A DNA stretch of 64,000 nt from assembly GCA_039820545.1 (NCBI GenBank), contig JBCBPW010000003.1, forward strand, positions 6,938-70,937, given 5' to 3'. The notes under the pieces are model-generated. The model was given only the letters and a program-made list of their open reading frames with translations, was not told where the DNA came from and ran no database searches. Position numbers and translations under genes: made by a program. Positions 1-6,799 of this stretch are shown one piece after another. The stretch comes from Bacteroidota bacterium. Its GTDB lineage: Bacteria; Bacteroidota; Bacteroidia; J057. Each line of letters begins with the position of its first letter. The stretch's first letter is position 1.

Positions 1-642
1 CTGAGCCTCCGTAAAGAGGAGAAGCCCAAAAAAGAGCGCAAAGCAAATGAGCGTTCGGAAAAAGATGCCATCAAGGACATCAAGTCACGTGCAGTAAAAG
101 AAGCACGTAAGGAAGCGCGTAAGATCGGTAAGCAAGATTTCGTCACATTCCCTGGTAGCCTGCCTATGGCCAAGCAGTTGGAGCGTGTATGGGTGATGCA
201 GTACGAGCGCAACAAGGACGGTACCCCTAAGTACATCTTCGCAGACGGAAACGGTGTAGGTAAAACTCAGACAGCGACTGAATTGCAGGCAATGGAAGCG
301 GCCAAGCTACAGCTAGCAGGACAGATCTCTAACGAGATCAACCAAATCGTCGAGTCCAAGATCGCCAACGAGCAGATCGACCGCGAGACAGGCCAGTCAC
401 TGACGAAGTTTATCGCAGGTGGTAAGAACTACATTGTCCAGCACCTCGGATATGTTCGCCCTGAGTTCAAAGTATACCGCAACGTAGGGAAGAAGGACAT
501 GGAAGTATTCGTGAAGATCGGATACAATGCCGAGGAAGCATTCAGAGCGGCTGAGCGCGCACTCGAAGCAAAGGCTCGTGCAGAGCTCGAAGAAGAAGCC
601 GATCTCTTGATCGATGAAATCAACCGTCTACTCGACCGTTAA
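1..642 (+). CDS. hypothetical protein, 5'-truncated by window edge (possibly LPP20-like)
   Basis: Frame 1 is open from nt 1 (LSLRKEEKPKKERK...) into the tracked ORF 166..642, so the gene probably starts upstream of the window. The N-terminal part is lysine-rich and is followed by ATELQAMEAAKLQLAGQISNEI... A hairpin plus T-run follows at 655..696. The family guess is by eye only. Confidence 0.55.
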   Translation: MSLRKEEKPKKERKANERSEKDAIKDIKSRAVKEARKEARKIGKQDFVTFPGSLPMAKQLERVWVMQYERNKDGTPKYIFADGNGVGKTQTATELQAMEAAKLQLAGQISNEINQIVESKIANEQIDRETGQSLTKFIAGGKNYIVQHLGYVRPEFKVYRNVGKKDMEVFVKIGYNAEEAFRAAERALEAKARAELEEEADLLIDEINRLLDR

Positions 643-654
643 TCCATAGTATAG

Positions 655-696
655 GCCAGTCCATGCTGTGCAATGTATAGCGTGGGCTGGCTTTTT
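655..696 (+). terminator. rho-independent terminator candidate
   Basis: Stem gccagtccatgc (655..666) pairs with gcgtgggctggc (680..691), 12 bp including two G-U pairs, followed by ttttt (692..696). Confidence 0.55.
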
Positions 697-778
697 AGAA
701 CCGATAATAGGGGCACGAGACCCCAGAGATAATTCCCATCTCGATTCTCGTCTCTCGATTCTCACTTCTCAAAACATC

Positions 779-1672
779 ATGAAGAAAGCCCTACTTTTCC
801 TTTGTATATCATGTTTCGCTTTGGCACTCTCAGCCCAGCGAGTCAAAAAATCTACGGGTGAATATCAGATCAATCTCACAAGGTCTGATTTCAGTGAAGC
901 CGAAGCATGCCAGAAGTGCCAAGAGATCGCCATGATCGAAGCCATAGAAAAGCAGTTTGGTCGTGTGATCTTGCAAGGAAACAGTACCTACATCGAGAAT
1001 ACCAATACTGGAGAAAAGGTCGAAACAAACCAGATATTCAACGTGATTGCGGAGACGTATGTAAATGGGGAGTGGATCGAAACATTGGAAGAGTCTTGCG
1101 ATCGTTTTATAGACAATGGAGACTTTTGGGTTAAGTGTCAGGTGAAAGGAAAAGTACGTGAAATGGTCGCGCCTAAGCTAGATCTAGTGGCCAAAACGCT
1201 AGACTGTGAATCCAAGACTTGTATCACCACAGAGTTTGTCGATGGAGAGTCTTTCTACCTTTATTTCAAGTCTCCAATTGATGGGTATTTGACCGTATAT
1301 ATCGGAGACGCCGAGATGACCCAGCGCCTTTTGCCTTATCGCCAGATGCCCAAGGGCATGCTCAATGGTGTGAAAGTCAAAGCAGATGAAGAGTATATCC
1401 TTTTTTCTTCGCGAGAAGACCAACTCGAACTGGGTCCCTACGTAGAAGAATATGAATTCTACACAGAATCAGATGTAGACCAGAACCGACTCTACGTCAT
1501 CTACAGCAAAGATCCCCTTGTCAAGCCTTCTCTCTATCGAAATCCTGACGAAAGTGCAGGAGAAATGCCCATGCAGCTACCCATCATGGACTTCCAAAAA
1601 TGGCTAGCGCAACAGAGACGATATAACACGGATATGCAGGTGCTTCGCCTGGATGTCACCATCAAAAAATAG
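779..1672 (+). CDS. secreted hypothetical protein (LPP20-like N-terminal part, DUF4384-like C-terminal part suspected)
   Basis: The ATG at 779 gives the signal peptide MKKALLFLCISCFALALSAQ. The tracked 668 start would run through the upstream terminator. The segment ESFYLYFKSPIDGYLTVYIGDAEMTQRLLPY resembles the DUF4384 core. This is recognition only. Confidence 0.65.
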   Translation: MKKALLFLCISCFALALSAQRVKKSTGEYQINLTRSDFSEAEACQKCQEIAMIEAIEKQFGRVILQGNSTYIENTNTGEKVETNQIFNVIAETYVNGEWIETLEESCDRFIDNGDFWVKCQVKGKVREMVAPKLDLVAKTLDCESKTCITTEFVDGESFYLYFKSPIDGYLTVYIGDAEMTQRLLPYRQMPKGMLNGVKVKADEEYILFSSREDQLELGPYVEEYEFYTESDVDQNRLYVIYSKDPLVKPSLYRNPDESAGEMPMQLPIMDFQKWLAQQRRYNTDMQVLRLDVTIKK

Positions 1673-1729
1673 GCTTTGGATGTCACATCATCCTAAACAA
1701 TGGGAACTCACCCAACCAATTAGAATCTC

Positions 1730-3313
1730 ATGAAGAAAGCGATCATCATATCACTGGCTCTCCTGCTCAGTGTATCCTATACCCTTGGCCAAAGCACCTA
1801 TGAAAAGCTCAAAAGAGAGCAAGAGGCACGCTTCAAGAAAGAACAAGCCGAACAAAAAAAACGTATCGAGCGGAATATCAGGAATCAGGATGCGATGATA
1901 GAGCTGAAGGTGGACAACCAGAAGAAGCGCATCTGGCTCAAGCAAAGCCTTCAAAGTGGTACCCCCCAACCCAAGATCGATGAGCCAGACAATCCGCGTA
2001 CTTTCGATCCCGATAATGATGAGCGCATTCAGTTTGATCGCATCATCACGACGCCAGAGAGTGACGAGCCATTTGAAAGCATCTTGGAGGATAGTGAGAG
2101 CGAAGTGGACAACGACGCGTTTGAAGAGATCATTCCTCAAATCAATGAAGAGGTAAGAGTCGAGATTTCGGGCTTAGAGGCACAGTTTGATGTAGATTAT
2201 TTTGGAGATGCACTCTCCGTTAATTATGATCCGAACATGTTCTTTAAGATGGACCGTGTGAGCGAAAACCGCATCGAAGAACAAGTTCGTCGCCTGGAAG
2301 CCTCTCGCTATATGCCCCTGCTCAGCCAAATCAAGCAAAAACAAGCTGAATATAGCCTGAACGATTGGGGATTTTGTCATCTCATCAATACAGCTGCGAA
2401 AGAAATGTATCCCTATGACAAGAATGCACAGACCGTATTTAACTGGTTTATGCTTTCTAAAGCAGGCTACATTGCGACTGTGTGCTATGAAGACAATCAG
2501 GTATTCTTGCTGGCACCTTGTAAGCAGACACTCTACGGGAAGACCTTCCTTCGCTCCAATCAATACGGAAAGATGTATGCGCTAGACCTGAACGGAGGCA
2601 ATCCTGAGATCCGTAGCGCCAAAGTATATTATGATGAAGATGAGTCAGGTATGACAAGAGGACGAGGAAATCGAGTCCTTGATCTCAAAATGACCAAAGC
2701 ACCGAATTTTGCACCTCGCAATAAAAAGAGACTACTGACATTTGCCTATGAGGGACAGAACTATGAGCTTCCTATCGAAGTGAACGTCAACACCATTGAG
2801 TTCTTCAAGACCTATCCCTTTGTTGACCTAGATATTTATATGGGGACGCCCTTATCTTCTCCTGCTCAGCGCACCCTGGTGGCCTCACTCAGAGAAATGG
2901 TGCAAGATCTACAGCCTATGCGCAATCGTCGCACTGTGGAGGAAGAACAAGTGAATTTCTTATTGCGATTTGTCCAAACGGCTTTTCCTTATCAGACAGA
3001 TGCCATGCAGTTTGGGGGGGAGAAATACCTGTTTGCAGATGAGGTCCTGTTCTATAAGTACAGTGACTGCGAAGACCGCTCCGTCTTATTTTCATGGCTG
3101 GTTCGAGAGATCGTGGGGCTAGATGTCGTAGGTGTGCTGTATCCAGGCCATGCAGCTACCGCAGTGAGCTTCAATAGAAAAGTACCTGGGGATTATATCA
3201 CCTACCGTGGCAAGACATACACGATCTGTGATCCTACTTACATCAATGCAAATTATGGAATGTTGCTACCTGATGTTCGCGGACAAATCGCTAAGGTCGT
3301 AGACCACCGCTAG
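1730..3313 (+). CDS. secreted protein with coiled-coil/acidic N-terminal region and a transglutaminase/papain-like Cys-His-Asp C-terminal core
   Basis: Signal peptide MKKAIIISLALLLSVSYTLGQ. The C-terminus reads YSDCEDRSVLF...(27 aa)...PGHAATAV...(27 aa)...ICDPTY, with Cys at 3068..3070, His at 3149..3151 and Asp at 3230..3232. It lies 58 nt downstream of the previous gene with no terminator between them. Confidence 0.7.
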   Translation: MKKAIIISLALLLSVSYTLGQSTYEKLKREQEARFKKEQAEQKKRIERNIRNQDAMIELKVDNQKKRIWLKQSLQSGTPQPKIDEPDNPRTFDPDNDERIQFDRIITTPESDEPFESILEDSESEVDNDAFEEIIPQINEEVRVEISGLEAQFDVDYFGDALSVNYDPNMFFKMDRVSENRIEEQVRRLEASRYMPLLSQIKQKQAEYSLNDWGFCHLINTAAKEMYPYDKNAQTVFNWFMLSKAGYIATVCYEDNQVFLLAPCKQTLYGKTFLRSNQYGKMYALDLNGGNPEIRSAKVYYDEDESGMTRGRGNRVLDLKMTKAPNFAPRNKKRLLTFAYEGQNYELPIEVNVNTIEFFKTYPFVDLDIYMGTPLSSPAQRTLVASLREMVQDLQPMRNRRTVEEEQVNFLLRFVQTAFPYQTDAMQFGGEKYLFADEVLFYKYSDCEDRSVLFSWLVREIVGLDVVGVLYPGHAATAVSFNRKVPGDYITYRGKTYTICDPTYINANYGMLLPDVRGQIAKVVDHR

Positions 3314-3340
3314 GGTTTTATGTATAAAAAAATATAGGTA

Positions 3341-3386
3341 GAAACGCCGTCAATGGTATAACCCGTTGATGGCGTTTCCATTTTTT
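3341..3386. terminator. bidirectional terminator hairpin between convergent genes
   Basis: A 16-bp stem, gaaacgccgtcaatgg (3341..3356) with ccgttgatggcgtttc (3363..3378), contains two G-U pairs. A T-run lies at 3381..3386 on the plus strand, and an A-run lies upstream to serve the minus strand. Confidence 0.6.
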
Positions 3387-3390
3387 GTCA

Positions 3391-3900
3391 TTAACAGCAT
3401 GTCATTCCCTGCGTTCCCGCTGTTCCTGCCTTTGATATTTCCTGTGCCTGAAACTGATCCAGGGCATGGTTTTCGTGATTCGCTTTCTCCAAATCATAAG
3501 CAGGATCATTCCATTCGACGTCTTCGTGGAAGTAATAGACTTCCCATCTGTGTCCATCAGGATCTGATACCCAGTATTTATCTTGTAGGGCATAGCAGCA
3601 GTTGGTGCCTTTTTCTTCTAATGTCGCCAATCCTATAGTCTTGATCCTACTGTGGTGTGCGGCGAGTATCTCTTTGGTTTCTACTTGAAACCCCAAGTGG
3701 CCAAAATTGGGCTGGACGCGATCGGGGCGCTCCACAAATGAGATGATGAGGCGAGGCTCCTCTAGGATGTACTTGGCGTATTTGGGCATTTGCTTGGAAG
3801 CAGGCTGATCAAAGAATTGATCGTAGAATTGTACCGTTTTGTCGATGTCTGCGACATACAGCGAAACGTGCATACGAGGAAAAGAAGGTGATTGAGTCAT
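3391..3900 (-). CDS. arsI: ArsI/CadI-family glyoxalase-fold metalloenzyme (organoarsenical C-As lyase type)
   Basis: VOC/glyoxalase-like N-terminus (MHVSLYVADIDKTVQFY). The vicinal cysteine motif GTNCCYALQDKYWVSDPDGHRWEVYYF closely matches the ArsI substrate-binding region. The C-terminus is Cys-rich (GMTCC). It sits directly downstream of arsR. Confidence 0.8.
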   Translation of the reverse strand: MTQSPSFPRMHVSLYVADIDKTVQFYDQFFDQPASKQMPKYAKYILEEPRLIISFVERPDRVQPNFGHLGFQVETKEILAAHHSRIKTIGLATLEEKGTNCCYALQDKYWVSDPDGHRWEVYYFHEDVEWNDPAYDLEKANHENHALDQFQAQEISKAGTAGTQGMTCC

Positions 3901-3969
3901 TTTATCGGTTTATTGCGATTAATTAAGCTAAAAATAAGGGAGCATGAAGCTCCTTTGCTACAGGAAATT

Positions 3970-4290
3970 CTAGCAGCAGTGATCCGCTTGCCCAAAAAAC
4001 TGGGTAAGCAATTGATTGGCGGCTTTCCAATGGGTCTGATCGATACAATAACAGGTACGAGGACCTTCGATTTCCCCTTTGATGATACCTGCTTGTTTTA
4101 GTTCCTTGAGATGCTGTGAGACAGTGGACTGTGAAAGGGGAAGCTCTTCGACAATATCTCCGCAGATGCATGAGTTCTTGCGAATAAGCACTTCCAGAAT
4201 GGCAATCCTAGCTGGATGTCCTAGCGCTTTGGCGATCTGAGCCAGATGATTCTGAGCTGGGGTGAATTTTTCTGTTTTGCTGATTCCCAT
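3970..4290 (-). CDS. arsR: ArsR/SmtB-family metalloregulator
   Basis: Winged-helix core [13 protein letters not shown]...[30 protein letters not shown], including a CxC metal(loid)-sensing motif. Confidence 0.85.
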   Translation of the reverse strand: MGISKTEKFTPAQNHLAQIAKALGHPARIAILEVLIRKNSCICGDIVEELPLSQSTVSQHLKELKQAGIIKGEIEGPRTCYCIDQTHWKAANQLLTQFFGQADHCC

Positions 4291-4295
4291 ATCTT

Positions 4296-4311
4296 ATCGT
4301 AATAATACGAT
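4296..4311. promoter_or_regulatory. candidate ArsR operator (inverted repeat ATCGTA-N4-TACGAT)
   Basis: A perfect 6-bp inverted repeat separated by 4 nt lies 5 nt upstream of the arsR start codon. ArsR/SmtB repressors typically autoregulate through an inverted repeat in their own promoter. Confidence 0.3.
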
Positions 4312-4342
4312 GAAAAATGACTAATCGCAAAAAACCGATGAA

Positions 4343-4379
4343 TAAAAACAAAAAAATCCCCAGCTTCACAGCTAGGGAT
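4343..4379 (-). terminator. rho-independent terminator candidate (minus strand)
   Basis: On the minus strand the sequence reads atccctagc-tgtgaa-gctggggat (4379..4356), followed by tttttttgttttt. It lies about 65 nt upstream of the arsR start and about 500 nt downstream of the channel gene stop. Confidence 0.5.
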
Positions 4380-4410
4380 CAATTAAAAAGGACTACTACT
4401 ACTACTCGCA

Positions 4411-4460
4411 TGATATAGTCAGGGACTCGAACCCTGTGGTGATACCATCTATCTACTATA
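4411..4460 (-). other. tRNA-like T-arm/acceptor mini-helix (tRNA fragment, not a full tRNA)
   Basis: The minus strand reads ATATAGT-N18-CAGGG TTCGAGT CCCTG-ACTATAT. This is a canonical T-arm (GGTTCGAGTCC, 4420..4436) closed by a 7-bp A/T stem. The total is about 49 nt, with no D arm or anticodon arm. Confidence 0.35.
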
Positions 4461-4879
4461 TGTGTTGTGTTTCCTTTTCCTTACAATACAAACGTACCAA
4501 GAAGATTTATTATTTGCAAGTTTATTAAAAAATAATCTCAATATTTTTCATAATTAAAATGATACCTATATTTTTTTATGAATATTAAAAATATTTTCTA
4601 TTTAGAAGGCATATAGTCGTTTAGAAATAGGGCATACGCAATATGTTCCCAATATGTTTAGGAATTGTTGAAGAAAAACGCCTAAAATTTAAGATTGTTT
4701 ATAAAAAATAGGGACTTTCATTCGGGAATGTGAAAATCGTACTTCTATAACGATTTCGTAAGAGCAGAAATTATGTGCGACTTCAATGCATCTCCTTTAT
4801 GGCTTGCTTATCCATTTCTATGATCTTACGTAGGGGCAGGTCTTGAGAAGCGATGCCCAAAGGGATGATGTCTGTCTAC

Positions 4880-5740
4880 TTATTCTTTGCCAGACGAAGG
4901 AATTGTTTGAGGATTGTCTGTAGAGAGTGGGGCGTGATCCTGCCCATTTTCGGGAGGCAGCTGTCTCAGCAACTGATCCAATTTCTCGTCCATAGCTTCT
5001 ACTTTCAGAATCAAATCATCGTTGTTGTCTCGTACCATCTCCTCTACAAATATGGCATTGACAATGGATAGCCCAAAGAGACCACCTGAAACCACAATGA
5101 TTACAAAGTACAGACGAACAAAGAAAACAGCCATACCTGACATGGTAGGTTCGGCTGACTGAATCAAAGCTTCGGGAACTTCATACCATCCCTCTATCGT
5201 GAATACCTTGAAAATATTGTAGAAAGAAATCAATGGGTCTCCAAAAAGCTGGGGAGCAGCATCTTGAAATAAGCGACAACTGATCAAGGAAATGATGAAA
5301 CTGTAGACAAAAAAGGCAAGCAGGACGAATATAGAAGCTTTGAACGCGCGGCGAATCCCCGCAACCAACTCGCGGATGTTGGGAATAAACTTGATAAACT
5401 TAAAGAATCGCAATACCCTGACTACGCGAAAGACATAGATAAAGGCCAGGTTAGGAAAGTTATGAGCGAAAAGCAGGAATATGGACGGGAAGCTTAAAAT
5501 AAGGATTAAAAAGTCGAATCGATTCCAACCCGAGGACCAATAGCTTTTCCATCCTTCTTCTCGCACTTTGACGATCGCCTCCATCAAGAAATAGAACAAA
5601 AAAACCACATCCAGCGCGCTTAACCACCAAAACGCCTCAAACTGCTTAAAAGAGAGAAAAAAGAGTACAATCGCATTGAGCATGATGACAAATGCGACGT
5701 TTCGGTCCTTGGTGAAGAAAAGTTGAAAATGTTCCCTCAT
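4880..5740 (-). CDS. voltage-gated cation channel, single-repeat 6-TM BacNaV/CaV-like family
   Basis: Six hydrophobic segments. The S4 segment has a regular Arg/Lys pattern (FRVVRVLRFFKFIKFIPNIR). The pore loop is FKVFTIEGWYEV (filter at 5180..5200). The C-terminal tail is coiled-coil-like (DDLILKVEAMDEKLDQLLRQL). Confidence 0.85.
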   Translation of the reverse strand: MREHFQLFFTKDRNVAFVIMLNAIVLFFLSFKQFEAFWWLSALDVVFLFYFLMEAIVKVREEGWKSYWSSGWNRFDFLILILSFPSIFLLFAHNFPNLAFIYVFRVVRVLRFFKFIKFIPNIRELVAGIRRAFKASIFVLLAFFVYSFIISLISCRLFQDAAPQLFGDPLISFYNIFKVFTIEGWYEVPEALIQSAEPTMSGMAVFFVRLYFVIIVVSGGLFGLSIVNAIFVEEMVRDNNDDLILKVEAMDEKLDQLLRQLPPENGQDHAPLSTDNPQTIPSSGKE

Positions 5741-5769
5741 GTATGATGTTAAACGCTTGAATAGCTAAG

Positions 5770-5801
5770 CTATGTTTGGGACAATACGAATCAAGCTAAA
5801 A
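5770..5801 (-). promoter_or_regulatory. conserved ~30-nt upstream box (copy upstream of channel gene)
   Basis: The minus strand reads ttttagcttgattcgtattgtcccaaacatag, 30 nt upstream of the 5740 start. It matches the 58251..58282 box at about 27/31 positions. Confidence 0.35.
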
Positions 5802-5844
5802 AGTAAATGCTAAATGGACGAAGTATAGGTGCGAAACACCCCAA

Positions 5845-5874
5845 TTTCTAGCAGATTAGTAGTTCCAAACAGGG
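5845..5874 (+). promoter_or_regulatory. conserved upstream box (diverged copy, oriented toward methyltransferase gene)
   Basis: tttctagcagattagtagttccaaacaggg. It shares CTAG..GATT...TTCCAAACAGGG with the other copies and is oriented divergently from the 5770..5801 copy. Confidence 0.3.
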
Positions 5875-6048
5875 ACTAAGATAGGAAAAGGTCCTGATTT
5901 CTCTGAAAGGCTGATCAATAAGTGTGATGAACGCGTACGGTTTTTTATTTTTCTGTAGGAGCCCCTTTGGCATCCTTAGCCTGTGATCTCTCATACACGC
6001 TAGAATTCCCTTATATTTGTAGTCCTATCTCATTTTCACTTTTTCTCT

Positions 6049-6795
6049 ATGACCTCCTACATTTCTCCAGATAAAGATCCGCTTGGACAGGCTGTACGCG
6101 ACTACATGATGGGTGATCGGGAAGGAGAGATTCATGTAAAATCTGACATTGCGGTAGACGACGTAATTCCTGTACCTTATCTATTTCGTACTTGGGAAGA
6201 GATGCCGCAGTGGGAACAAAAAGCTATGGACCTCGTCTATGGCAAGATATTGGATGTCGGAGCAGGAACAGGTGTACATAGCTTGATCATGCAGGAGCGT
6301 GGGCGAGATGTTGTGCCTATAGATATTTCGCCAGGGGCTGTAGAGGTGATGCAGCAGCGGGGACTGACGCAGGCACGACAAGCCAAGCTAGAAGACATGC
6401 CCAAGACGAGCTTTGATACGATTTTCTTGATGATGAACGGAATCGGCATTGTAGGAGACTTGGATCGCCTAGCGACCTTTCTCTCATACGCGCACGAAGT
6501 CCTCAAACCTGGAGGACAGATCTTGCTCGATTCTTCTGATCTTATCTACCTATTCAGCCATGAGATCACGATAGATGACAAATTGGAGTTTTCAGTGCCC
6601 TTTCCTGAAGATCGATATTATGGGATCATTACCTATGAGATGGAATATAAAAATGTGAAAAGCGATCCTTTCCAGTGGCTGTATATTGATTTTCAGCGTT
6701 TGGAAAACATCGCTTTTCAGTGCGGTTTTCATTGTCAGCAAGTGATGCAGGGCAGCCATTTTGAATACTTGGCTCGTCTATCTCCCAGAAGCTAA
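6049..6795 (+). CDS. class I SAM-dependent methyltransferase
   Basis: Motif I ILDVGAGTGVHS followed by the acidic loop VVPIDIS. Confidence 0.8.
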   Translation: MTSYISPDKDPLGQAVRDYMMGDREGEIHVKSDIAVDDVIPVPYLFRTWEEMPQWEQKAMDLVYGKILDVGAGTGVHSLIMQERGRDVVPIDISPGAVEVMQQRGLTQARQAKLEDMPKTSFDTIFLMMNGIGIVGDLDRLATFLSYAHEVLKPGGQILLDSSDLIYLFSHEITIDDKLEFSVPFPEDRYYGIITYEMEYKNVKSDPFQWLYIDFQRLENIAFQCGFHCQQVMQGSHFEYLARLSPRS

Positions 6796-6799
6796 AGCA

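Noticed and set aside
668-778. N-terminal extension of the 668..1672 ORF (MQCIAWAGFLEPIIG...)
   Set aside because: It overlaps the terminator hairpin at 655..696. A clean signal peptide starts at the internal ATG at 779, so the extension is very unlikely to be translated.
4411-4490. Possible complete tRNA gene on the minus strand, suggested by a perfect T-arm
   Set aside because: Only about 49 nt can be folded (acceptor-like stem plus T-arm). No D arm or anticodon arm fits. The all-A/T acceptor stem is atypical. I kept it as a tRNA-like fragment only.
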